Of a stretch of 64,000 nt of DNA, positions 11,205-23,300 are shown in pieces. The position numbers were made by a program, and so were the translations under genes. The stretch spans positions 1 to 64,000 of the forward strand of contig JALMLS010000311.1 in the NCBI GenBank assembly GCA_038496445.1, written 5' to 3'. The first letter of the stretch is position 1, and each line of letters opens with the position of its first letter. Origin of the DNA: Trichosphaerium sp. ATCC 40318 (Eukaryota; Protista; Tubulinea). The notes under the pieces were generated by a model. The model was not told the DNA's origin. It saw nothing but the letters and a program-made list of their open reading frames with translations, and made no database searches.

Positions 11205-13130
11205 TTAACTGAACCCGCCGAACATGTTTCCGCCTCCTTTGTTAGCACCATCCTTATTATCAGTACCACTAAAAGAAAAAGAACCATTCCTAGCAGAGAT
11301 ACGCTTTCCTCGTTTGCCCTTCTTTGGAGCATTCGTTGCAGTGTTACCAAACATATTACCTCCTGTACTTGCATCAGTTCCTCCAGAACCAAACGAGTTT
11401 CCAGTGCCACCAAAGCCACTACTTCCAGAGTTATTGCCACCAAAAGCACCTCCAGAAGTGCCACCAAATCCGCTACCACCAGTGGCGTTATTATTAGTTT
11501 GTCCGAAAGCGCCTGTTGCTCCTGTTCCGAACCCAGATGTGTTATCTTTTGATTGGCTACTTCCAAAGGCGTTGCTTCCTCCAAAGCCACTGGTACCCGA
11601 TGTACCTCCTCCAAATCCTGAAGTGCTACCGCCAGCTGCACTGTTACCGAAAGAAAACGCTTTCGGATCACCAGTGAAACCTGAACTACCAGTTGCACCA
11701 AACGTACTGTTGTTTCCTGAAGTAGAACCAAATCCAGAACTACTGTTAGCATTGGACTGACCGCTACCAAATCCGCTACCACCAGTTGCGTTATTATTAG
11801 ATTGTCCGAATCCGCCTGTTGCTCCTGTTCCAAACCCAGATGTGTTGTCTTTTGATTGGGTACCTCCAAAGGCGTTGCTTCCTCCAAAGCCTGAAGTGTC
11901 GGCGTTGGATTTGCTTGGTGTACCTCCAAACCCAGAGGTGCTACCACCAGCCTTGTTGTCGAATGAAAACGATTTTGTAGCACCGAAACCAGAGGAGGTG
12001 TTACCCGATGCGCCAAATGCGTTGTTTCCACCAAAACCGCTACTGCTTCCGTCGTCTTTCTTTGCACCGCCTCCAAATGCATTGTTTCCGCCAAAACCGC
12101 TAGTGTTAGTGTCCTCCTTCTTCACAGCACCACCAAATGCATTGTTTCCACCGAAACCATTATTGCTAGTGTCAGTCTTGTTTCCAAACCCAGAGGTATT
12201 TCCAAAGCCACCAGTACTGGCACCATCCTTCTTTGTGCTTCCTGTAGCACCAAATGCGTTATTTCCACCGAAACCGCTACTACTGGCACCATCTTTCTGT
12301 GTTGAATTACCGAACCCACTGCTGCCGTTTCCGAACCCAGAAGTACCTCCAAAGCCGCTAGTACTTGTATTCTCTTTCTTTACAGAGTCAAGACCTCCAT
12401 TGCCAGCATTAGAACCAAATCCAGAGCCGGTTGTGGAAGCACCATCAGCCTTATTATTTTGACCAAATGCGCCATTGCCTTGTCCGCCAAAACCACCAGT
12501 GGTTCCAGATTTACCGGTGACAAATTCAGTGCCACTACCGAAAGTACTAGTGTTGTTTGTAGTATCCTTCTTTCCACCAAATCCAGCATTATTACCGCTG
12601 CCGAAACCACCAGTACTTGTGCCTCCGTTTCCACCAAATCCAGCATTATTACTACCACCAAAACCACCGGTGGTTCCAGATTTACCGGCGACAAATTCAG
12701 TGCCACTACCGAAAGTGCTGGTGTTGTTTGTAGTATCCTTCTTTTCGCCAAACCCAGCTGTGTTTCCGCCGAAACCACCAGTGGTTCCAGATTGACCAGT
12801 GACAAATTCAGTACCACTACCAAAAGTGCTGGTGTTTTTCGTAGCATCCTTCTTTGCACCAAATCCAGCGGCGGTTCCACCAAACCCACCGGTATTACCG
12901 CCGAAACCACCAGTGGTTCCAGATTGACCAGCAACAAATTCAGTGCCACTGCCAAAAGTGCTGGTGTTGTTCGTAGCATCCTTCTTTGCACCAAATCCAG
13001 CGGCATTTCCGCCAAACCCACCGGTGGTTCCAGATTGCCCAACAACAAATTCAGTGCCACTACCGAAAGTGCTAGTACTTGTATCTTCCTTCTTACCGTC
13101 TGATTTCGACGTGGTATCAGTATTTGTGGT
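11205..13130 (-). repeat. Coding FG repeat array: about 5 x FGSGTEFVxGxSGTTGGFGG (12480-13080), multiple SGFGGNNAFG units, and a duplicated block (about 11465-11600 and 11765-11900)
   Basis: Recurrent acaaattcagtrccactrcc and ccaaatgcrttrtttccrcc strings on the plus strand. Confidence 0.9.
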
Positions 13131-15246
13131 AGCAGGAAACTAAAAGAAAACAAAAGTAAGTAAACTAAAAGATCAAGTAATACAAAAGAAGGTACCAGGG
13201 TTGGATTCTTTTTAATAGCGCTAGCTGCTGCTCCAAATACACCTCCTGTTTTTAGGTTTGCATCAAAGGACTAAGGAAGAGAAAGGTAAGCTTAAGAACG
13301 ACAACAAAAAGAGATGTTTCCAATTCGCAAAAAAAACCCACAAACGTACGGTTTCGCTATTTAGTTTTGGCTTGTCTTTACCGGTTGTAGGTGTGTTTGT
13401 TTGTGAACTTGCACCAAATCCTGTAATGTTTGTAGCCGCAGGAGATCCAAATCCAGGTGTTGAGGGCGATGTCTTTTGAATTTAAGGTGAGTTCTCAACA
13501 ACACTGAAGGATTTTTTTTGTTTTCGGAAAATTTTGATGTTGTAAAGATTTAAATAACAATGGCTCGGTTTGTAGCTTGTTTACGTACCGTATTGGTTGG
13601 TGGACTTGTCAAAGGTAATTGGAATCCCACCTTCTTCTTCTTACCACTCAATGCAGCCATTTCAGCACCTCTCTTGGCCATATGGTTTACTCTTTCTATT
13701 ACTTCTTCTTTTGTAAACACTGGAATAGGAGCCTAAAAGGAGTACTGGTAAGAACGGGTAAAATGAACATAAAAAAAAAATACACGACATTTTTGGTTTT
13801 TTTTGGTAGGCATTATCACGTGAATATAAAAAACAAGGATGAGTTTTGGGCTTCGGTTTTTTAAATCACGCACCCTCTTTTTGATAGGTGTAAGCATGAC
13901 ACCTGGATCAGGTGGCCTTATAGCACGTCTTGTAATTGGATCAATTTCAAGTTTAGGCATTGCCTTGAAAGGTGGCAAGTTATCTTCGTCTTCAATATCA
14001 TCATACTCATATATCGGTATTGGCTTCTTTCTTTTGGGTGTATTCTTTGTTGGAGAAGTTGAAGCTCTTCTTTTCTTTGTTTTTGTAGTAGACTTCTTTG
14101 GTTTCCTTGCAGAGGCAGATCCTTTCTTGGTAATAGTAGAACGACGCTTCTTCTTTTTCTGTTGTTGTCCTTCAGCTTCAGCTTCACGTTTCTTTTTCAA
14201 GCGTTGTGCTTGTCTCTTTTCTTGCAATTCTTGCTTTCGTATATTAGCTTCTCTTTCCAGTTGAGCTGCACGTTGCTGTTGCTTAAGTATACGAGGAGTC
14301 CCTGGATCAATATCAACAGCTGGAGGCAGAACGATTTGCGAGACTCTGTTAAACTTAGTCATCATTGTCTTTTGTCTCTTTTGGTTGCTTGTCATTGTTG
14401 TAGATTTTCTTCTCTTACGATCAATCGCCTTTTTTTTAACGGGTTTTGGAGTATTTGTTCTAGCTTTGGCTGCAGCGCTCGCTTTTCTTGATGCGCTCAT
14501 TGCCTTCTCGAAATATGACTGAGGGTTCGCTAATCTAATAGGGGATTGACCAAATTTACGCGATGGGCTGTAAGGTAACGGGCGAGGTTTTACTGCTGAG
14601 AAGCTTCGTTGCCGAAATCCTGGTGTTCTCCCTGATAGTGATGGTGAAGGATACGGTGATTGCGGTAGCGATGCAGACACTGGTGGAGGTGGCCCATGTA
14701 ACGGATAAGGGTAAGGGACATATTCCTCCTTTGGTGATGGGAGCGTCGTGTTCAAGTATGATGGTTGTGGGAGTACTTGGTGAGCAGGGTAGCGTTTGGG
14801 TGTTCTACAACAGTTGAGTTTTAGAAAAATTAATGAGTTTTACACGAAATTAAACCAAATGTACCGGCTTGGTGTCGAAAACGGGCTATTGAACGCGTCA
14901 GAACTGACACCGCTCCCATATGTTCTACTTGATCGTTTAGCAGCGCTTGGAGGTGACTTTCTTGTCTCTACTATCGGAAATACCGCTGAAAATCGTGAGA
15001 TAAGATACAACAAGTAGCGTTTTGTGTTTTTACCATTCTTTTTTTTGCGCGAAGGGCTTACTGGAGTAACGAGTGGAATTCTTTCGGCACTATAGGATAG
15101 TCGTTAAACAAAAATAATCAAAAAAAAAACAAAAAAAAAAAATAAAAACCAAAATGTTTGGCGCCAAACCTTATCCACACGTAGGCTATGTAAGCTGCTA
15201 TGGCCAAAGTCCATAGAATCATCGCCACAGCGGTTGACAGTTCCAT
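11205..15246 (-). CDS. FG-repeat nucleoporin with N-terminal transmembrane helix (POM121/Nup153-like architecture); multi-exon
   Basis: Exon 1 MELSTAVAMILWTLAIAAYIAYVWI is hydrophobic. It splices into a Ser/Pro-rich and K/R-rich region (ORF 13733-14755), then via short exons into an open frame from about 13139 to TAA 11205 with dozens of FG motifs. Confidence 0.8.
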
Positions 15247-15450
15247 TGGAGCCAAATTGCAATGATGAATAAAAAACGCTTTGAGAATAATTTTGACGTT
15301 CACAGACCGCGCTAAATACTATTGTAGACACGTATTTGCGTATATTTCGCCCGTAGCATTAGGTATGATAATTTTTACATGAATAAAGAAAAGGTTTTGC
15401 ATGTTCTGTTCGTTCATTGTATTGCCTATGTTAGGGTGCCCAGGTGACTA

Positions 15451-17108
15451 ATGGCTACTACTGGGATAGTACCAAAGCTGAAATGGCAAAGCAAGCAAAA
15501 ATTAAACGACAAGTACGCCACAGATTACATGGTTGGCATGGGGACGTTTGGGTATGTGTATAAAGGCACAGCAAAGGATAAAACAAAAAACGTTGTTGCC
15601 ATAAAACGGTTTAAAGACGGTCAAGCAATATCCTTTACGGCTTGCAGAGAGATAGCGGTACGGCAACCCATCAACGCGTATTTTGCAAGATGAAAGCAAT
15701 TGAACAAAAAAAAACTCCCCAATATTCATCCTATTAGTTGCTACGCGAGTTAGACCATGAACACATTGTGCGATTGGTGGATGTTTGTGTTGAACCATTA
15801 TCTCAGAGCCTCTACCTTATATTCGATTATGCTGAATACGATCTCTATGTATGTGAACCGTTGCTACATCTGTAACAAAACCCCTCGTGTTTTCTTATCA
15901 TAATCAAAAAGGAAATCTTGAAAGCGCATCGTGGAAAGCCTCCATTACACCCAGGCGCTGTAAAGAGCTTCTTGTGGCAAATATTAAACGCAATGAACTA
16001 CTTACACGCAAATTGGATCATTCACAGAGATCTCAAGCCTTCAAACATCCTTGTCATGGGTGCTGGTAAAGATGAGGGATACGTCAAAATTGGTACGACG
16101 CTTTCTTTGGTTAATTCCTCACTCACGTTTTACGTGCAGCTGATTTCGGTTTGGCGCGAGTTTTTAAAAGGTATGGTTATTGAGTAACTATTTGATATAC
16201 ACAGTGGTTGCTTATTTCCACCTCTAGTCCTCTTAGACGTCTCTCTGATAACGGTGTTGTTGTTACAATATGGTACAGAGCTCCAGAGCTATTGCTAGGC
16301 GCCAAGCATTACACAAATGCCATCGGTACTTTTTTTCTTCATTGTTGTGGCCACAAGCCTGTGTCTACTCACAAAAGGGCTTACTAGATATTTGGGCTAT
16401 TGGTTGTATATTCGCAGAGTTAGCTACTATATGGCCTCTTTTTCAGGGAACTGAAATAGAAGTGAATAACCCTAATGCATACCAAGATAATCAAGTAAAG
16501 CAGATAGTGTCAGTTTTGGGTAACGTTTCTACTGAAGATTGGCCAGGAGTCCAGTATTTACCTTTCTACACAAAGGCATACTATGCAGGTGCTCAACACT
16601 GTTTAGCAAAACGTGTTGAAAAGCTTCAATCAGCTCAGGGTTTGGATCTTTTGACACAAATGCTAGCGGTATGTGTTTACAAAACACATTCATTTTGTGT
16701 CGGGCCTGTGTGCTATGAATATTGGTCTTATTATTTTTTAGTATGATCCTAATAAGCGTATTACTGCTGCTGATGCACTCGAACATCCTTACTTTAAAGA
16801 AGCTCCTATACCAGTCAAAAAGTACATTAACTTGGTTATTTTTATTATTCTACAGTTGTAATTTTTTTTTTTGTACTTGTTCTTAATGCTTTTGTGTAGT
16901 GTGTTTAGCCGAGATGTAGGATATGCTAGTCGCGCAAAATATCCAATTCGTAAGGAATTTCATCCCCAAGCAACAGCACAAAAAGCAAAGCGTAAAGGTA
17001 TTGTCAAGTCTTACATTTGGTTTTTTCTCATTGTTGTTTTTAGATGCTTCACAACCTCAATCAACACGCCTAAAGTATGCCAGAGGTAAAGACGGCAATC
17101 GATTTTAA
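15451..17108 (+). CDS. CDK8: Cyclin-dependent kinase 8 (Mediator kinase); multi-exon
   Basis: [68 protein letters not shown] and [13 protein letters not shown] after removing canonical introns. Confidence 0.93.
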
Positions 17109-17435
17109 TATGAGAACATTTAAACACTACACTTCACTTGTACAATAAAAGTCTAAAAGACGAGAAATCATAAAAACGACATGAAGAAAACACGATTTTT
17201 TTAGCAAAGTGATGTTGGTTTAATGTCTTCTCACGTGTGCTGAAAACTTCAAGTATTCTTGTTGCGTCCTTGAGTAGCCGTAATACACTTTTGAGTTCTT
17301 GTACATGTGGAGATTTCAAAGCAATCTCCGTAACTCACTAAGTTCGGCCGAGGCCACTTTTGATTTCACTGAACTTGTAAAGCAGAAACTTGTCACAAAA
17401 ATACAGCTTCTACTCAACGCGCAACTTATCTATCA

Positions 17436-18352
17436 ATGTTACTACGAACTACTGCATACGCTAAACAACGGGTTGTCCGCATACAAAAAAGAGCGCAATA
17501 CTCAACATCTAGTGCTACCAGACGCAATGTTCTTGTACAAGGTGGCGGAAAAGGCATTGGCCTTGCATTTAGTAAGTAAGTTCGTTAAATTTAGATGAAG
17601 ATGACCTACAACGTTACTGACCGCGTAAATTAGGCACTATTTGCAAGAAAATAACGAAAACAAAGTGATTATTACATGTCGCGATCCAACTACAAATAAC
17701 GACCTTTCAGATCTTCGTAACAAGTACGGGGAGCGCGTTGCGCTGCACCCACTTGATATCAAGAGCGAAACGTCAATTAAGAACCTGAGCGAAGAAGTCA
17801 AAAAAACCGTTGACAACCTCGACGTCCTACTTAACGTAACTGGCATTGTACACCCTAGCGGAAGAGGTACACAATCAACACTTATACACCTTCACCAACA
17901 CCCATCTAGGCGAGACATCACTTCAACAAGTGACAGAAAAGGATAGTGCAGAAGTATATGCTATTAATTGTCTTGGTCCTTTACTTGTTACTCGATACTT
18001 TGAGCCTCTTTTAACTGCTACAAAGGATGTTTCACATATCATTAATATCTCAGCAAAGAGCGGTAGTATTGCGCTTAATATAGGCGGATGGTATGCTCAG
18101 CGTATGGCAAAGGCAGGGATGAACATGTGGACCAAGAGTGTTGCTGTAGAGCTAAAAAGGAAGAATGTTATTTGTGTTGCTTTAGATCCTGGTTTAGTAA
18201 AGACACAGCTCTCTGAGCCTTATCATAGATCTTGGAAGGGTGTCGTATCTCCAGAAGTAACTGTTGAGAATATGATAAAGGTAATAGAAGGCCTTGATAT
18301 AAGCAAGACTGGAAAGTTCATGGATTCATTTGGTAAAGATATACCGTATTAG
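17436..18352 (+). CDS. Short-chain dehydrogenase/reductase, C-factor/CsgA-like, with mitochondrial-type presequence
   Basis: MLLRTTAYAKQRVVRIQKRAQYST presequence; VQGGGKGIGLA, LDVLLNVTGI, INISAKSGSI, DPGLVKTQLS; two introns. Confidence 0.88.
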
Positions 18353-18559
18353 CATGCTGGGTAAGCTGTGTTTTATATTGCTATTTGTAGCTATACATTT
18401 TATTACAATAAACATCCAAGCAAAGAAGTACTCAATATCTTGCCCTTTTTTAATGTATGTACAATACGATTGAAGTTTGCAATAATGTTTGAGTACAGCA
18501 AAGTTTCAGAATGATAACTATTTTTTTGAATTTACATTTTGATTTTTTACATTCGTTTG

Positions 18560-20072
18560 TTATACACGGGCTTGCTCTTTCATTTTAAACATTATTTGTA
18601 ATGCTTGAATGATGAACCTATAAAAGTAGCAAACTTGATTAGAATGGGACAAGGAACACAGGTACTATAAATATACTAAAGCGTTACCTTGGCTTTGAAG
18701 CTGAACCTTTCCATGTAAATTTTTCCCATTCCCAATTGTAGTTTGGTTCGAGCTCTACCAACATTTGTGGCCAGAATCTTGAAAGCCTCCAGCATTGTAC
18801 AGTGTTTGAAAAAGCAGTCAATTGTCTGAATGAAACATGATACCTTAAAGAAAAAAAGTAAGTTCAACAAAAGCAAAAAAATTATTTGGTGATGGTAAAA
18901 AAAAGTTCATACCACATTTCTGGGCTTGTGAAACCAGCCTTCTTCCTTACAGCTCTAAGAAAAGTACGGAATAGTGTCCATTGGTCGAATTCAGCACGAG
19001 TGGATGTAAGTCCTTGCCAATGAAATCTTGTATTATCCCAAACATGGTTTTTGTAAACTGACTGTAATGCACGTTGTAGTGATCCTCCATACCTAAAAAC
19101 AAACCTTAAGAACCAACATACAATATCAATCCTTTGGAGCCTTTTTGTTTTTGTGGTTGAGCAAGTATTAGTACATTTCTATTATATAATCGCCACCAAC
19201 TTCCTTAAAGAAACTTTGTCTAATCCCATACCAATCATCCATTACTTTAACCCCAAGCTGTTCAGCACATGTATTGAATAATTGCCGTTGACGTGGTAAT
19301 GTCCAATAATTCTTTGGTGCATGTCTTTTGTACAAACACGTGTTAATCACGTGACTATTTTTTTTTTGTTTAAATAACAACGCACTGGAAGTTTGTTGGT
19401 GTCCATTTGAAGTCAGGGAATAAAGCCTCCAATGTCTTAGATAAAGAGTTTTTGTGACAACGCCTGATATGGTTGTAATTATGAGAATTATTGGGTGTCT
19501 TTTACAAAAGACTGAAGTGACGCACAATATACAACGACCTCCATAGGCAGTAATATCATTAACGCCAAAGTCGTACCAATCATCTAAGCTCTTGACACGA
19601 AGTTCTTTGGCTATTGTGTTCATTTTTATATGTTGAACATTTGGGTCTTCCCAGTGATGTACTGGTGCGTTTTTGCGCCTAGAAAAGGTATGGTTAATAC
19701 TTGCAATAAGGTACATAACATGAACTGTGCAGGCGCACATAAACTTCCATGACTCCCAGGAGTATTGAGGGTAAACATCAGCTAAACATTTGTAAAGTGA
19801 ACCGTCATAGAATTGTCTGCTCAAAACGCCTCATTTAGCGTTTATTTTGTTGTTATCATGTTTACTTGCCGTATAATGTACGATGTGTCACTTCCAAATG
19901 ATGTTGGATCAACTGTGTACCATTCTTCTAGATTTTTGAAGCCATTTGTCTTCTCAACAGCGTAGATGAGGTTTTTACGGTTACTTGGTATCGTCCAGTG
20001 GCTCCATGGGTTTCTTGTAGAAGTTTGGTGAAGTTTTTGTCCGTTATTACTCAAATACTTCAGTGTACTCAT
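18560..20072 (-). CDS. Trp-rich approximately 70-aa repeat protein (about 4 repeats, no catalytic domain seen); paralogue 1
   Basis: Repeats such as APKNYWTLPRQRQLFNTCAEQLGVKVMDDWYGIRQSFFKEVGGDYIIEMYGGSLQRALQSVYKNHVWDNTRF; multi-exon. Confidence 0.8.
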
Positions 20073-20352
20073 TTATAAGCGCTAATATAGCCATTACACG
20101 TTATGAATACATTTAACAGAGTAATAAATAGAGAAACGCACGTATTAACCATAAAGAAGCGTCTACGTTTCGTATAGAATGTGATCAAGTTATTCCACAG
20201 CCGGTTTAGAACGAAACAGACTTAAGCGCAAGAGAAGTTAAGTTTTTTGCCGTAAACCGCGTATTGGGCGTGTGAAACTACTTTAGTTATAATACGTGGA
20301 TTTATTAGTTGTGTTACAGCAGTTTTAACGTTTTTTTCATGTTCTGTTAAGG

Positions 20353-23300
20353 TCACGTGTGTGAATGAGATGATAGGGAGTTTCCTTTAGCTCTAAATAT
20401 TGTAGTCTTACTTTTACTATCTCCACTGCTCATACGCCCTCGTTTTTTGACTGCACGTCTTTGACTAGGTGGTCCTATTGCCTTTGCAAGGGTTTCAAGC
20501 TTATCACCAGCGTCAGAGTCGATAGTCTTTAGCTTAGGTAGCTTGTCATTTATAAAGCTGTGAAGGTATGCCAATGAAGATAAAATAATATCTTGTGGCA
20601 CTGTTAACCTCACTGTGATTCCAGGTGGTGCTGTGCCAGGAGGATTCTATTGTATTTAAAAGGATCAGTAAGGAGGTAAAAAAGCAAATAATGAATAAAA
20701 CGTACAGCAAGTTTATCTATAAAGTCTCTAAAGTCTGATTGGTTATCAAGAATAAAATCATTAATTTTCTCCATATATTCTTCTTTTATACCAGGTAAAG
20801 TCTCATTAGCGAGATTCTGTAGTGCCTTTGAAAGAAGTACGAAATACCGTTGAGACGTTTGACAAGGAAGTACTAGTAATCATGTCAAACAAGTAGAGGA
20901 CGCCAACTTTTGTTCGAATAAAAAAAAAAGTACAAGTACCTGGAAGCAATCCATATACTTGTGGTGTAGAAATCGCAGGACAAATGAACCTCAAGAATAT
21001 GAAGCCACCTACAGCTTTATAGTTTGTACGCTTCTCTGGGAACTTCTCACCGACTACTTCCATTACGTGGTGAGCCAAATGACGCATTTCACTAAACGAG
21101 GTTAGACCAGTAAAAAAACCTTATTGACTATTTTAAAGTCGTACAGGCGCATGTTTGGTAGTGACTCTTTGATACCCTTGAAGAGCTTCTGTGCTGTGAC
21201 AAGGAGGGTATAATTATTGATTGTAATATCTGCATCATCAACAAAGTCATGTTCAATGCGTTCTGGATCAATCTCAAGATCAAACTAACCAATCTTGATA
21301 AGAAAAAACCCGGAAGAAAGTTAGTGTATTGCTTTCGTACCCTAATAAGCTCTGTTCTATCGTTCTCTGCAACACCTTCCTCACCAATAGCAGTTGCATG
21401 AAGATCATAGATATATTCTGCAAACGTATGCCAGAGGTAAGGTATACCAATAATCTTTGCCCATACAGTAAACATCTTTGATGCAATACTCTCTGATCTA
21501 AATAATATAGAAGGATCACCTCTTGCTCTTTTAACTTCTTCATCAATAAACGTGAACAAAAGTTCTAGTACGCGACCCTATATAATGTTATTATCCAAGC
21601 ATAGAATGAAGCAACTTAAGTTGTGATGTACCTTGCTGTAGTACAAATAAACTAAAGCCTTTGCGAGTGTATCAGCATCATTAGATGAGTGTACTTGCTC
21701 TAGTAGTATAGGCAAGCTATAGCCTGGTTGATCCAACATAGCGTCTAGTGTTTGCAAGTAATTGGCTTGCTCTGCTGTCACATCATGCATTAGTCTTTGT
21801 GTTCCACCGAAAGCGAGAAGAGAATAATCAGGTTCTCTGAAAGCACGCCTTCTCTTTCTTCGTATAATGATGGCAATAATAATTGCCGCAATAAGTAGGA
21901 GTACAAGTACTGCGATTATAATGTAAGCCCAGAACGGGATAACAGTACGGTTATCGTCTGGTTGTTGTACTGCAAATGTTACACCACCTGCAGAAGATGC
22001 AAATAGTTTATCGTTCCACCACAAGGACAAAGCAACGCTAAAGTAAGTGGTTAGATAGTTAAGAGTAGAGGTATGGATGAGTGAATAACTTCTTAAGACA
22101 AACTCGTGCCTAGAGCTTGACGATACAGGTGGTACTATACACGTAAGTGCAGTGTCATTTACTATTACTGCAGGTACTCTACCAGAGCCAAAATCACATT
22201 CCATAACAGGTGCGGCTTGTCTTTTCCCACTTGCAATAAATGGCACGAATGTTGAAATAATATTCACCACAGTGCCTGGTCCACCAGATAGTGGCGCGAC
22301 GCCAATAACAGCTTTAATAAAAGTGTCAGTAAAATTAGCAAGCAATCAAGAGTGTTACCTGGGCATTCATCGACTTCTATTGTTGTTTCTGTGATGGGTG
22401 CTATAGGGCATCCTGATTGTGGTACACAAGTACTACTATACAAGCACCATTCACACGCCTTTCCTTTTGTGTTTTGTGCTAGGCACTCTCCACAACTGCT
22501 TGTACCTTCTGTACAATCTACAAAAGCGTGAGTTTCGGTTTGCAAACGTTTATAACGTACTATAGAAATTAAAGGGAAGTGCAACACCAATGTTGTTTAT
22601 CTCTTCGACATCTGGAAGCGTCAAACGTATGTTAACAGATACTTCAGTCTCAGAACTGCTAAGAGGTACATTACATGCCATAGATGTAGCTGTGACCGCA
22701 AAAGCCTACAAACAGGAATCAGGATGTCTTCATTTCGAAGAAAACTCTTAACAATTCTCACCTCTTCGCTTCTCACTGCTCCGTTCTGAAAAGTGTAATC
22801 ACACGTGTACACTTCGTTGCCGAAAGCCCGAAAGATGCCGTTTATGTTTGTTACACTCTGAGAGCTATTCGAAAATTCGGCCACGGTGGTGTGTGGTGGA
22901 ATGAGTGCTGATACAATTGGACAAGCTAACAGAATATTAATTTCTTCTTACAAAAATTTTGCGCACCTGTAAAGTCTGTTACTCTAAAAGTATCTGAACA
23001 CAAAGAGCTAGTGGCACATCCCCACAATTCAGAGTCAAGACAAAAATTACATACTCCTTCGCTACCACCAATACAAGCGCCACAGGAGGTTCCGTACGAA
23101 GAGCAGTCTGCAAGGAAGAAATTAATAATTAACTCAATCTTAAAACTCATACCAATTAATGTGAGTGCATCTACTTTACGATCGATTACGTTTTGTCCTT
23201 GTAACAGTGATATATCAACAGTCCGTTTATCTCTAATCTGAACTATATCTACTGTTGCGCCACTTGCCTGACAAGTCACTTGACGACTTGAACTTGTAGC

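Noticed and set aside
11171-13153. Long antisense and alternate-frame ORFs over the FG region (similarly 13839-14264 and 33269-33790)
   Set aside because: Shadow ORFs produced by low-complexity repetitive codons.
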